The notes beneath the pieces are model-generated. The model was given only the letters and a program-made list of their open reading frames with translations. It had not been told where the DNA came from and ran no database searches. Made by a program: the position numbers and the translations under genes. A DNA stretch of 64,000 nt, taken from positions 480,001 through 544,000 of the forward strand of contig CAWDXG010000001.1 in NCBI GenBank assembly GCA_963806225.1, in the 5' to 3' direction. Each line of letters starts with the position of its first letter. The first letter of the stretch is position 1. Below, piece after piece: positions 1 through 10,407 of the stretch. The DNA comes from an uncultured delta proteobacterium. GTDB taxonomy: Bacteria > Myxococcota_A > Polyangia > Polyangiales > Polyangiaceae.

Positions 1-1953
1 ACGCGCGCCACTGCGCTGTCCTCGCTCCTTCTGTTCGTTGGTTGTGGTGGCGGGACGCCTCCCGCCCAGGCTCCGGTCGACACGTCCCAGGGCTCCGCCA
101 AGACGGCGAAGACCGACGCCGCTCCGCCCGATCTCAGCCCGGTGGCGGCTCCCAAGGATCTGTTCCTGGTGGGTCGTTTCAAGGATCCGGGTGCGGCCGC
201 CGACACCATCTCGAACTGGGCGGGCATGCCGGTGGACTGGCGGAAGCTCGTCGCCCGCCGCCAACCCGGTCTTTCGCGCATCGTCGCGGTGGACGCACCG
301 GTCGACGTGGCGGCTGCGCTCGACCCCACCGGTGTCGGGCAGCTTCCGCAGCCGTTCGTGGTGATCACGGTCGGCCTCAACTCGCTCGACGAAGCGATCG
401 CGTTCGCCAGAAAGCAGGGCGAGGACGTGCACGAGATGAGCCGCGGCGTCTACCGTGTCGGTGACGGCGGCGACTTCTCCTGCGCGGTCGCGGCATCGGT
501 CGGCAAGGTGCCCGCGCGTCTGGTGTGCGGCGATCGCCGCCAGGACGTCGACGCGCTTCTGCCGTACGCAACGCGCGGGCTGCCGAACGCGGACCTCGGG
601 CAGAACGATCTGCACATCGAGCTCAGGGCCGAGCCGTTCCGGCGCCACTACGCGCGTCAGCTCCGGGAGATGAAGACGCTGGCGGTGCCGTTCGTGCTCA
701 AGGAGCTGTCCCTGGACAGCCCGTCGTTCGACCGCGCACTGGCCGATGGCGTGCACGGGCTGGGGGACGAGTTCCTCGCCCTCGTCGAGGATCTGGACAC
801 CATCGACATCGAAGGTCGACTCGACAAGCAGAAGCAGCAGCTCGTGGCCACCGGCACGGTCAAGTTCCGCGGCGACAGCTCGTGGACGGTGCACACCATG
901 CAGGATTCCGCCAAGCGCGCGGGACCGCCGCCCGACATGTTCTGGAAGCTGCCGAAGGACGTGGCCTCCGCCGGATACGGCGTGAGCCCCAATCCGAAGC
1001 GCTACCAGGACATCGCGCGGACCGCCGAGGAGCTAGCGGACGGACTCATGTCCCACGAGCAGGTCCCTCGTCGCGTCCGCGACGAGGCCGTCGACGCGAT
1101 CGAGCAGCTGTTCAAGCTCGACGGCGCGCACGTCTTCGCGCGTGGAGCCGTACCGGTTGCAGGTCAGAACGGCTTGGAAGACCTTCGACGCAACCGCGTC
1201 ATCTCGACAGTCGGGTGGAACGTCATCGGCTTCGACACGAAGCCCGCCCAGCTGAAGAAGCTCCTGTCTACGCTCGTCAAGGTCTACAACGACCGCCAGT
1301 TGAAGAAGCTCCTCGACAAGGAACTCGGCAAGGACAAGAAGAACCTGCCGACGCTGAAGGTGCACGCGGCCAGGGCGCGCGGTATCGCACCCGGGTCGAC
1401 GGCGTACGATCTCGTGCTGCCCGGCTCGCTGTTCGAGCGCCACTCCTCCTACTTCGGTGCGCAGAAGAAGAAGGCGGCGAAGAAGAAGACCCCCAAGTCG
1501 TTGACGGTGACCATCGTGCTGATGCCCGAGGGCAACCAGACCTGGCTCGGTGTGTCCGCCGACTCCAAGGCCCTGTACGAGAAGCTCGCCCAGATCCACA
1601 CGGGCAAGGACACGCTCGCTTCCCGCGAGGGGCTGGCCCAGCTGAAGAGCTCGAAGGCGATCTCGGGCGGCTTCATGACCCTGGCCGGGTTCACCAACGG
1701 CATGCGCTCCGATATGCGCGCCGCGCTGGGTCCCGGCTTCGCCAAGGCGCTGGAGAAGGTGTTCAACGCCCTGCCGAACCACGGTGAGACGCCGATCCCC
1801 TATACGCTCATGGTCGGCCAGAGCGGCGGCGTGTCCCTGGACTGGTCGCTGCGCGCCCCGAAGGCGGTCGTCGTGGACATCGGCGCCCTGGTTCCGGCAG
1901 TGATCGCGCTGAAATCCCAGATGGGCGGCGGCGCGATGATGCACAGGCCCTGA
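1..1953 (+). CDS. Large lipoprotein of unknown function, 5' end truncated by the window
   Basis: Frame 1 is open from base 1 and reads TRATALSSLLLFVGC-GGGTPPAQAP (lipobox-like Cys plus Pro/Ala linker), continuous with the 603-aa ORF. Confidence 0.75.
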   Translation, partial: TRATALSSLLLFVGCGGGTPPAQAPVDTSQGSAKTAKTDAAPPDLSPVAAPKDLFLVGRFKDPGAAADTISNWAGMPVDWRKLVARRQPGLSRIVAVDAPVDVAAALDPTGVGQLPQPFVVITVGLNSLDEAIAFARKQGEDVHEMSRGVYRVGDGGDFSCAVAASVGKVPARLVCGDRRQDVDALLPYATRGLPNADLGQNDLHIELRAEPFRRHYARQLREMKTLAVPFVLKELSLDSPSFDRALADGVHGLGDEFLALVEDLDTIDIEGRLDKQKQQLVATGTVKFRGDSSWTVHTMQDSAKRAGPPPDMFWKLPKDVASAGYGVSPNPKRYQDIARTAEELADGLMSHEQVPRRVRDEAVDAIEQLFKLDGAHVFARGAVPVAGQNGLEDLRRNRVISTVGWNVIGFDTKPAQLKKLLSTLVKVYNDRQLKKLLDKELGKDKKNLPTLKVHAARARGIAPGSTAYDLVLPGSLFERHSSYFGAQKKKAAKKKTPKSLTVTIVLMPEGNQTWLGVSADSKALYEKLAQIHTGKDTLASREGLAQLKSSKAISGGFMTLAGFTNGMRSDMRAALGPGFAKALEKVFNALPNHGETPIPYTLMVGQSGGVSLDWSLRAPKAVVVDIGALVPAVIALKSQMGGGAMMHRP

Positions 1954-2047
1954 CGCCCGCCGGGGGCGGGCCCCCGGAGCCACCGCGACCCAAAGGGGCG
2001 CGGAATTTGGCCGTTTCCGCGATGGCCATGTAACGAGCAGTCGTAGG

Positions 2048-3862
2048 ATGTGTGCAACACACCGACACCTGCTTACATGGGCGCTGGCGCTGGCCGGGCT
2101 GGTCCTGGCCAGTCCAGCCCAGGCTTGGGTCGAAAAGACGGTCGAGTCCGATGTGGTCACGCTCGACGTGGCGCGGGACGGCACCGCCGTCGTCTCCCAC
2201 GAGATCGTGATGAAGGTGCGGGGCGGACCTCTCAAGGGGTTCGACCTGGCCGGCGTCGACAGCGACGCGCAGCCCATGCCCGATGCCAGCGTGTCGCCGG
2301 CCGCGAGCGGCAGCCGGGGCACGAACCCGATCCCGCTGCTGCTCGACAAGCGCGACGACGACAGCCTGCGCGTCGAGATCGACAACGACAAGGGCATCAA
2401 GCGCGGAAGCTTCCTGTTCAAGCTGGGCTACCGCACCAATCTGCTCGCGCGGCACCTGATCGAACCCGCCGGGGCCAAGGTCCACATCACGTGGGTCGGT
2501 CCCAGGTTCGATGACGGGATCAACTCCGCCCGCGTCCTGTTCCGCCTGCCGCGCGCGGAGAACCCGCCGCGTCTGCCGCCGCCCGATCCCGAACAGTCGC
2601 TCCTCGGCGGGAGCCAAGGCGGCGTCTTCCTCGCCAATCTGCATCGCCTCGGGGAAAAGGACGAGCTCGAGGTGGTGCGACCGCACATGGCGAAGGACGA
2701 GCCCGTACAGTGGCGGGTCGAGGCCGACGCCAAGGTGTTCGATGCGTTTGCCGTTCCCGCGGCGGCGCCGGCTCCCGGCGCGACTCCGGCTCTGCCTCCC
2801 GCGCGGCCCCGCCGCCGCGTGTTCGGCATCCTCGTGCTGCTCGCGGTGGCGTTGGGCTACGGCTCGCTGATCGTGCTGAAGTGGCGCGCGGCGAACAAGG
2901 CCTGCCGCGAGCGCGGCGCGGAGGCGCGCGCGCTTCTGCCGCTGCCCTACGCCCTCAGGGGGGCGCTGGCAGGCGTTGCTCTCGCCGCGGCAGCGTTCGT
3001 CGGCGCGAGCACGGAGCTGCCCACCGTAGCGGGCGTGCTGCTGCTGGCAGCGATGGCGCTGGCGGCGCATGTCGCGCCTCGTCCGGTCCCGCCCCTGCGC
3101 GGCCCCGGGCGGTGGTTGCCACTGGGCGAGGACGAGGCCTTTGCCAGGAAGAAGCGGCGGCTGCCTGGGCGCTTCCTCGACAGCGGCACGCTAGCCGGGT
3201 TCTGCCTGTTCGTGCTGGCACTGGCTGCCTTCGCCGCTGGTGGGCTGTACCTTTTGCCGCACTCCCCCTATCACGCGCTGATGCTGGCGCTTTCGTCCGC
3301 GTGTCTGCTGCCGATCTTCTGCACGGGGCGCGCCGGCGAGCTGCCTGCGGATCCTGTCGAGCAGCCGCGCGCGCTGCTCGGATGGCTCTCGCGCAAGCTT
3401 GGCCCCGACGCCTCGCTCAAGGTGGTCCCGTGGGCGCGGATTCCTGTGAACAGCGCGGATCCGGACGAGATGCGTCTCTTGATCATGCCGCGCCGTGCCC
3501 GGCGCGGGCTCACGGCCATCGAGGTCGGCATGGAGTACCAGCAGGCAGCCGGCGGACCGATTGCTCTGCCGTGCGTCATCGTGCGCGCAGCGGACGGCTC
3601 GGAGAGCTACCAGGCGTTGCCCCGGAGCGTCGTGTGGACGCGCGGGCGCAAGCCCGAGGAGCGCGTTGCGGTGATCCGCCCCAAGCTGCCCACCCGCGGC
3701 ATGTGCCTTTCCCTGGTCAAGCGCTTGGTCGAGATGCTCGAGGAACCTGGAGCTCCGGCGCGCGGTCGGGGTCAATCGCCGAGGACCCGCCGCAGATCAT
3801 CCGGCAGGGCATCCTCGACGGCGAAAGCCGGCAGCTCGGCATCGCCCGCCCACGCCACGTAA
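2048..3862 (+). CDS. Membrane protein with signal peptide, exported beta-rich N-terminal domain and several TM helices
   Basis: 604-aa ORF; signal peptide ending AQA-W; hydrophobic segments in the middle of the protein. Confidence 0.7.
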   Translation: MCATHRHLLTWALALAGLVLASPAQAWVEKTVESDVVTLDVARDGTAVVSHEIVMKVRGGPLKGFDLAGVDSDAQPMPDASVSPAASGSRGTNPIPLLLDKRDDDSLRVEIDNDKGIKRGSFLFKLGYRTNLLARHLIEPAGAKVHITWVGPRFDDGINSARVLFRLPRAENPPRLPPPDPEQSLLGGSQGGVFLANLHRLGEKDELEVVRPHMAKDEPVQWRVEADAKVFDAFAVPAAAPAPGATPALPPARPRRRVFGILVLLAVALGYGSLIVLKWRAANKACRERGAEARALLPLPYALRGALAGVALAAAAFVGASTELPTVAGVLLLAAMALAAHVAPRPVPPLRGPGRWLPLGEDEAFARKKRRLPGRFLDSGTLAGFCLFVLALAAFAAGGLYLLPHSPYHALMLALSSACLLPIFCTGRAGELPADPVEQPRALLGWLSRKLGPDASLKVVPWARIPVNSADPDEMRLLIMPRRARRGLTAIEVGMEYQQAAGGPIALPCVIVRAADGSESYQALPRSVVWTRGRKPEERVAVIRPKLPTRGMCLSLVKRLVEMLEEPGAPARGRGQSPRTRRRSSGRASSTAKAGSSASPAHAT

Positions 3863-4668
3863 CTCGCGTGGAGAGCATGGCGCGGGCCGAGCGCTTCCAC
3901 GGGCTCGCCTCCGTACAGGATGTCGCCCGCGATCGGGTGCCCGATGAACGCGAGATGCGCGCGCACCTGGTGTCGATAGGCGTGCGACACTTCCACTTCG
4001 ACCAGCGCAAAATGCGATTTCCTTGCCAGCACGCGGTAGCGCGTGCGCGCGCGGCGTGCTCCGCGGTGATCCTGGATGTCCGGACCCACCCGCACGCGCT
4101 TCCGGTTCGCGCGGTCCGGGGCGATCGGGGCGTCGATGGTCCCAAGGTCGTCGAGCCCCTCGCCGGGGATCACTGCCAGATAGCGCTTGGCGAGTCTCCC
4201 CGCGCGTAGCTCCCCGCGCAGGTGCTCGAAGACGCTGGCGGAGCGCGCCGCCACGAGCAACCCCGAGGTCTGAGTGTCCAGGCGGTGCAGAAGCCCCGGC
4301 TCACGCGGACGGTATCCCACGCTGCGCATCTCCGGGTAGCGGCCGAGCAGCGCCCCCGCCAGCGTACCGCCCTCGGCGTCGTCCAGCGGCACGCTCGGCT
4401 GCCCCGCCGGCTTGGCGACGACCACGAGCCCGGGCATCTCCAGCCGCACATCGAGCGGCGCATCCGGCTCGGCGGCCACGCTCTCCGGCGGAGCGAGCTC
4501 GACGGTCAGCTCTGCGCCCGCCGGCGCCGGCTCTCCCTTCAGCGCGGGGCGCCCATCGATCTGCACCGCGCCGCTCGCGAACAGCCGGGCCGCGCGCTTG
4601 CGTCCCAGGCCGGGCACGCGCCGGATCACGACGCGATCCAGCCGCTGCCCGGCCTCTTCGCGTTCCAC
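3772..4668 (-). CDS. RluA/RluD-family pseudouridine synthase with S4 domain
   Basis: GQRLDR S4 start, KPAG motif, catalytic LHRLDxxTSG, HQVRAHLA-IGHPIAGD-LYG and HALHA. Start codon uncertain (GTG 4668, or an out-of-frame ATG at 4696). Confidence 0.9.
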   Translation of the reverse strand: MEREEAGQRLDRVVIRRVPGLGRKRAARLFASGAVQIDGRPALKGEPAPAGAELTVELAPPESVAAEPDAPLDVRLEMPGLVVVAKPAGQPSVPLDDAEGGTLAGALLGRYPEMRSVGYRPREPGLLHRLDTQTSGLLVAARSASVFEHLRGELRAGRLAKRYLAVIPGEGLDDLGTIDAPIAPDRANRKRVRVGPDIQDHRGARRARTRYRVLARKSHFALVEVEVSHAYRHQVRAHLAFIGHPIAGDILYGGEPVEALGPRHALHASYVAWAGDAELPAFAVEDALPDDLRRVLGD

Positions 4669-4711
4669 CGAAAACCTTAGCGTTGTCCGATGACATCTCG
4701 TGGAATATCGC

Positions 4712-6140
4712 CTACCAGCTTCCCTGCACGCCGCCTCCGAGCACGGGGCTTTCCGGCGCCCGCCTTCACTGACGCTTTCGCCGATCACTCCTGCCGTAGG
4801 GGAGCGCCGCCCACTGTGTCGGCGCCTCGTCGTCGCCGGCGTGATGGCTCGTGGTCGGGTGAGAAAGTAGCTGCACGGTCGCACCCGCCACGGCGCCTCC
4901 CGCCATGCTCGCGAGCCAGGCGCGGTCCTTGCTTTTGGTCTTGTTGTCGCCGAACACCAGCGGGCTGGCTGCCGCGGCTCACCGGTCAGCGTGCCCAGCA
5001 TGCCGCCGAGATCCACCAGCAGGACGCGCGACGGAGCGACCTGGATCTGCGTGGCCAGCGTGCCGGCGAGCAGCACGCCGAAGCCGGCGCCGTAGCCCAT
5101 GCCCCGCGTCGGCGTGGCGTCCGTGCGCCCCTCGTAGGTGAGCTCGCGCGATGCCCGCCGAGCAGCATTCCGAAGGCGCCGCCGGAGTGCGTGAGCGTAG
5201 CGCCGCCTTCGCCCATGCCCTTGAAGCTCAGCGGCACGGTTCCCAGCGTGATGCCGGCCGAAGCTCCGACCAGCCCGTAGACGTAGCGATCGCTGGCGGG
5301 CGAGACGTCGTAGCCGTCGGCGAGCAGCAGGCCGGCGGCGGTCGGCCACACCGCTCCTGCCGACAGGTACCAGGCGTCGCCGAGCCCCACGTCCCACTCG
5401 TCCGCGACGATCATCGAGCCGCCCAGGCCGATGCCCGTGCCGAGCGCCATGAGCGGGTAGGTGAGCCGGGCGTCGCTGGAACCGCTGGCGCGCTGCAGCG
5501 ACAGTCCGACGTAGCCGCCGAGCACCGCCGCATTCAGCGCGAGCACGGCGCGGCCCTCGTGAGCGCGCATGGTGCACGATCGCTGGGCTCCTCCACCGGC
5601 CCTGCGGGCTCGGACGGCGTCGGAGAGGCCTCGTGCCGCCCCGCCTGCACCAGGTCGCGCAGCATGACCATCGCCCGGACCTCGAACTCCCGAGGAGCCA
5701 CGTCCTGCGACCGGACCAGCACGCACCTTCGAACCGGGCGCGACCGCCAGCAGCCGCAGCCTGAGCTGGCCGTCCTCGTAGCGCCAGGCGCGGCGAGACC
5801 ACCCAGCTGTCGTGCGCGCGCTTGACCAGCGCGTCCTCCGTGAGCGTCAGCGCGGGCTGACGCTGGGCCGCTCGGAAACGTCCATCGTCAGCCCGAGGTC
5901 CTGCACGGACTCCCCCAGGATCACGTCCAGCTGCCGCGCCCAGCGAGCGAGCCCGCCCGGGCCCGGTCGCTTCGAGGGCGTTCGAGCATTTTGACGCCGT
6001 GCCGTTCGCGGCTCGCGGACGGGGAGTCATGGTCGGCAGCAGGACGACGTCGTCCTGGCCCGCGAGTGCGAGCGCCGGGAGCAGCCGTCAGCAGTGCGCC
6101 GAGCAGCCAGGCCACCCTGCGAGCTCTGCTTCGAGCATCA
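4712..6140 (-). pseudogene. Gly-rich membrane/outer-membrane protein broken by multiple frameshifts (probably assembly indels)
   Basis: Protein-like pieces in different frames join end to end (LTEDALVKRAHDSWVVSP / RSQDVAPREFEVRAMVML / GRAVLALNAAVLGG...GAFGMLLGG / ELTYEGRTDATPTRGMGYGAG / FGDNKTKSKDRAWLAS) and finish GVQGSW*. Boundaries approximate. Confidence 0.6.
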
Positions 6141-6356
6141 TCGGCGCGCCCTCACGAAACCGTTCTACCGCCCCTCGGCGCATAGCTCAATCGGCCTCGC
6201 CGTCCGGGTGCCAGCCGCGGCGTCGCGTCCCGGCAATTCGCGAACGGCGAGGGACAGTGAGCCCGCAATGAGCGTAGCGAATCGCATCGGGGTGCCCGAG
6301 CGGCGGTGAGCCCCCTCGAGCAGGACTACGGCGGGGGTGGGTGGGTGCGACCGGCC

Positions 6357-7948
6357 CTAGAACATCACGGTGGCGTTGAGCCAGGCGTCGAAGGCGTGCG
6401 AGCCGTCGACCTTGAATCGACGACCCGGCATGTTGACCGAAGCCCGGTAGTTCGGGTTCGGGATGCCGGTTGCGGTGGTCGTCGTCGAGTCGTTGCCCGC
6501 GCTGCGCGTCTGCTTGCACGGCCCCGCCTTGCCCACGTCGTTGTTGAACTGGGGGTTGCAGGGCTGATCGAACGTGATGAGTGGGACTGCGTCAACGTGT
6601 ACGCGCCGCCGAGGTTGAACTTCACGTACTCGCCGGCCTGCCAGGTAAACTGGGTGCTGAGCGTGTACGTCCCGTGCTGCTGCACATCCGAAAGACCCGT
6701 GAAGTACACCTTCTGCGAGTTCGGATTCGCGACCGACGGGTACTGCCCACTGCTCGCCGAATCCGGGTTGGCCTGGTACTCCGCGTAGTTCGGCCTGCGG
6801 ATCGACGGTGCGTCGCTGGAGCCCAGTGCGTCGAACAGCTCCGAGTAGTCGCGGCCCTCCGACACGTAGGTGCCGGCGAAGCGGAAGTCGAAGGTGACCC
6901 GCTGGAACTTGTCACGCACCTCCCAAGGGATGACGTTGACGCCCATCAGCATGGTGCCGCGGAGCGGCGGGTGGTTGACCAGCGAGCCCTTCAGATCGGT
7001 CGCGCCGTAGTCGCTCGAGTCGTTCTGGAACTCGAACAGCGCCTTGAAGCCGCCGTAGGGCTCGATGTACTTGATGCGCTTCGACAGGTAGGTGTGCGCT
7101 TCGAGCGACGTGGTGCCACGGCTCACGCCCGGTGAGCGCCCGCCGGTGAAGTTGCCCTCGAGCACGTCGTTGCTGCCGTCGGCGTTGACGACGGGGTACT
7201 CGCCGCTCACGCCGTTGCGGTTGATGTCCGACGGATACGCGCACTTCTGCTGGCTGTTCTTCAGATTGAGCGGGCTCGGGTTGGCGTTGCAGGCGTGCAT
7301 CGGCGTGCCGACGCTGAACCGGCCTTCGACCCCGAGCACCCAGGTGGGCTTCGTGCGGTCGCGGAACTGGTTCATGATTCCCACGTCGAGCCCGACCGCG
7401 AGGTACTCGACGCCGCTGCGGGTCGGTGCCGTGAAGGGCAGCTTGAACAGCTGCTCGCCCGGCGCGCCGCTGAGATACGTCGCCTGGTGCTGATCGCTGC
7501 CGTTGACGCCCTCGATCTTCTGGTCGTTGGACAGGATGATCGGCACGCGGACGATCAGCGCGATGTCCTTGAACAGGCCGATCTCCGCTTTCGTGTTGAG
7601 GCGGCTTACCGACTGCGAGTACTTGCCGATATTCAGCGCGTCGCTGACGTATCCACCTGTCGTCAGGCCGGGCTGGGCAATTGCGGTTTCGCGCCTGATG
7701 TTGGCGCTTTTCCATGTCTGCTGGTAGCCGAGCGTGAGGTTCAGGTCGAACGGATCATCGTTCTGGTCGTCGAATGCATCGACGACCTGCGTGATCTCGG
7801 CCGGTTCCTGCAGAACCGCGGGTTCGGTCACCTTGTGCGGTTCGTCGGCCTGCGCCACGCCGCTGCTGCCCAGAGCTGCCAGTGCGGTCGCGACGGCAAG
7901 ACCTAGCCGCATTGCGTCAAAGTTATCCATGCGTCGGAGGCCCATCAA
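6357..7948 (-). CDS. Probable outer-membrane beta-barrel protein with one frameshift near 6570
   Basis: Signal peptide (AQA-DEP) and amphipathic strands. A frame switch near 6570 gives ...FDQPCNPQF...DAWLNATVMF* with a terminal Phe (beta-signal). Start may be 7930 or 7912. Confidence 0.7.
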
Positions 7949-8086
7949 CGTCGCCTGTCGTTAGCGGACGCTAGCTGTCTGTCGGCGAAACTGTCAACGG
8001 GCTGATACGACTTCCGTCGATCCAGCCCCGATCCAGAGCGAAAGCAGCCCCGCGAGCGCTGGATCAGAGGCGGTCGGGAGGCGTAG

Positions 8087-8968
8087 CTACCGGTGCGGAA
8101 CAGCCTGCCAGCGCTTTTCCGACTGCTCGAGCTGCCCCCAGAGGCGCTTCCGCTCGGCGGGGTCGCTGGTTCGGCCCACCGCGGCTTCCGCTGTGGCACA
8201 GGCTGCCCGGGCGGCTTTCCGGGCGCGCACGTGGGCAGCAGCGCGTTCCCCGAGCGTGCCCGCGTCCTTGCTGGTCGGCTTGTCGATGACGGCCTTGGCC
8301 CGGCGCGCGGTTTCCTCGGCGGCCTTCCGGCACAGGGAGACCAGCTTTTCCGTGTCCAGAGCTCCGGAGAGATGGACGGTTGCCTTGTGTCGCGGGTCGA
8401 CTTTCTCCGGTCCGTCGCGCGTGGCCCCGGGCGCGGGGCTGATCCAGGCGTCTCCGGAGCGCGAGGTCACCACGAGCTGCTTGTCGGACAGCGTCGCGAC
8501 CAGACGGGCGTCGCCGTAGATGACAGTGCCGAGCGGCGTGGCGATGAGGGCTTCCGCGCCCGGCCGCGCGCCCGGACCGTTGGTGGTGACGACCTCGCCG
8601 TTGGCCAGCAGGACTTGCTCCGCTCCACCAGGACAGACGATGGCGCGCCCTGGACCGCGCAGCTGGAACTCGCGCGCGCTCAGCGAGTGGCGCACGTCCA
8701 CCACGGCATCCTTGCCGAGCTCGAGCCAGCGCGAGCCGTCGATGAGCGAGCGGCTCTTCAGGCGCCCTGCTCCGGAAACGCTGACCGAGCCCTTGACCGA
8801 GAGCGCCCGGCAGAACAGCCGCTGTGCCTTGCCCAACGAGCGCTCCGCCTTGCGCGCCGACGCCGAGGTGGATGCTGCAGCGCCGGCCTGTGGCTTGTCG
8901 TGCTTCTTGCAGCCGGTCGTGGCGAGCAGAAGTGCGGCAACAGCCCAGTAGAATCGATCGCGGACCAT
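8087..8968 (-). CDS. Lipoprotein with FecR-like beta domain
   Basis: Lipobox LATTGC; LIATPLGTV resembles the FecR 'V.TP.G.V' motif; translationally coupled to the upstream phosphatase. Confidence 0.55.
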   Translation of the reverse strand: MVRDRFYWAVAALLLATTGCKKHDKPQAGAAASTSASARKAERSLGKAQRLFCRALSVKGSVSVSGAGRLKSRSLIDGSRWLELGKDAVVDVRHSLSAREFQLRGPGRAIVCPGGAEQVLLANGEVVTTNGPGARPGAEALIATPLGTVIYGDARLVATLSDKQLVVTSRSGDAWISPAPGATRDGPEKVDPRHKATVHLSGALDTEKLVSLCRKAAEETARRAKAVIDKPTSKDAGTLGERAAAHVRARKAARAACATAEAAVGRTSDPAERKRLWGQLEQSEKRWQAVPHR

Positions 8969-10332
8969 CACTCCGGCTGGCGAACGGACGGAGGGGGCGG
9001 CGGGACCACCAGGGTCTTGCGGTTGTCGTCGTCGTCGTCCTCCGCGAAGATTTCGCTGGTGATGTCCTCGGCGGCGAGCTCCTCCTTGGCGTTGCCGAGC
9101 TCCCGGCTGGTCGCGGCGAGCCGGTCTGCCAGCACGCCCGTGAACTGCCAGAGTAGCTTGACGGCAAGCTGGTGCTCCTTGCGCAGGATCTCGAAGAAGT
9201 CCTGGCGGCGCAGCACCATCAGCTCGCTGTTGCCGTCGCTGACGACACTGGCAGAACGCGGCTGGCTGCGGATCAGCGACATCTCGCCGAAGTGCTCGCC
9301 GGGGCTCAGCGTCGCCAGCTCGGCGTCGCCGCGCGTGACCTTGACCTTGCCGCTCAGCACGATGAAGAGCTCCTCGCCCTTGTCGCCTTCGGTGATGACC
9401 TTGTCCCCCGGCTTGAACGGCATCACGTCCGTGACCTGCAGAACGCGCAGGATCTCGCGGTCGTTGAGCGGCCGGAACAACGGCATGCGCGCCAGGATGT
9501 CGCGCTTGAGCTGCAGGCGTTTGGCGCGGGTCTCGTCGCGGGCGCTCACGTCGCCGACGGTGACCACCATCGCGGTGATGTTGTCCTTGCCGCCCTGCTC
9601 GTTGGCCGCGTCGATCAGCTTCTTGACGACGGAGTCGGCGTCGGGGTCGAGCAGGTAGCGGCCGAGGCCTTCCAGGTCGTCCTCGAAGTAGCCGCTCAGC
9701 CCGTCGGAACAGAGCAGGAAGCGGTCACCGGCAATGAGATCGAGCACCAGCGTGTCGGGCTCGGCGTGCTCGTAGACGCCCACCGCCCTGGTGATCGCGT
9801 TTTTCGGGGCCAGCTGCTCGATGCGCTCGCGCGAGAGCTTCTTGCGCTTGATGAGCTCGTTGTAGACGGTGTGGTCTTCGGTGACCTGCTCGAGCACGCC
9901 GTCGCGCAGCAGATAGATGCGGCTGTCGCCTACGTAGATGATGAACGCCTGGTTGCCGGCGATGAGCACGGTGACCAGCGTGGTGCCCATGCCGCGCTTC
10001 GCCGGATCCTTCTCCGCTTCGGCGTGGACCTTGCTCGATGCGCGGTTCACCGCGAACTCGAGCATGTTCAGAATGTCGCGCTTGCTGACCTTGGCGGCGC
10101 CGCTGCGCTTCGCCATGTAGTCTTCGACGAGTTCGTACTCCTTCTTGATCTCCTCGTGGAGCGTGCGCACGGCGACCGCGCTGGCCACCTCGCCGGCCGC
10201 GTGTCCGCCCATGCCGTCGCAGACGACGAACAGGGCGAGCTTCTTGTCGACCAGGAAGTTGTCTTCGTTGTGTTCGCGCTGTCGGCCGACGTCGGTCAGC
10301 GCCGCGAACTGCAGGACGTCGCTATCGCTCAT
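8968..10332 (-). CDS. PP2C (Stp1-type) Ser/Thr phosphatase fused to a C-terminal cyclic-nucleotide-binding domain
   Basis: TDVGRQREHNED, VCDGMGGH, MGTT, VGDSR, LLCSDGL and GGKDNIT; CNB phosphate-binding cassette GEHFGEMSLIRSQPRSASV. Confidence 0.92.
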   Translation of the reverse strand: MSDSDVLQFAALTDVGRQREHNEDNFLVDKKLALFVVCDGMGGHAAGEVASAVAVRTLHEEIKKEYELVEDYMAKRSGAAKVSKRDILNMLEFAVNRASSKVHAEAEKDPAKRGMGTTLVTVLIAGNQAFIIYVGDSRIYLLRDGVLEQVTEDHTVYNELIKRKKLSRERIEQLAPKNAITRAVGVYEHAEPDTLVLDLIAGDRFLLCSDGLSGYFEDDLEGLGRYLLDPDADSVVKKLIDAANEQGGKDNITAMVVTVGDVSARDETRAKRLQLKRDILARMPLFRPLNDREILRVLQVTDVMPFKPGDKVITEGDKGEELFIVLSGKVKVTRGDAELATLSPGEHFGEMSLIRSQPRSASVVSDGNSELMVLRRQDFFEILRKEHQLAVKLLWQFTGVLADRLAATSRELGNAKEELAAEDITSEIFAEDDDDDNRKTLVVPPPPPSVRQPE

Positions 10333-10407
10333 CGGGGCGCGAGAATAGCCGCATCGCGCTCGCAAGACTACCGCTCGCAGCGAGGCTGGGGGCGGCCGGG
10401 GGGCGGG

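Noticed and set aside
1954..1975. GC hairpin after the first gene as an intrinsic terminator
   Set aside because: Short stem with no U-tract; not distinguishable from background at this GC content.
3772..6030. 752-aa ORF as an RluA fusion protein
   Set aside because: The N-terminal part is mostly off-frame translation of the frameshifted upstream gene; only about the last 298 aa are RluA.
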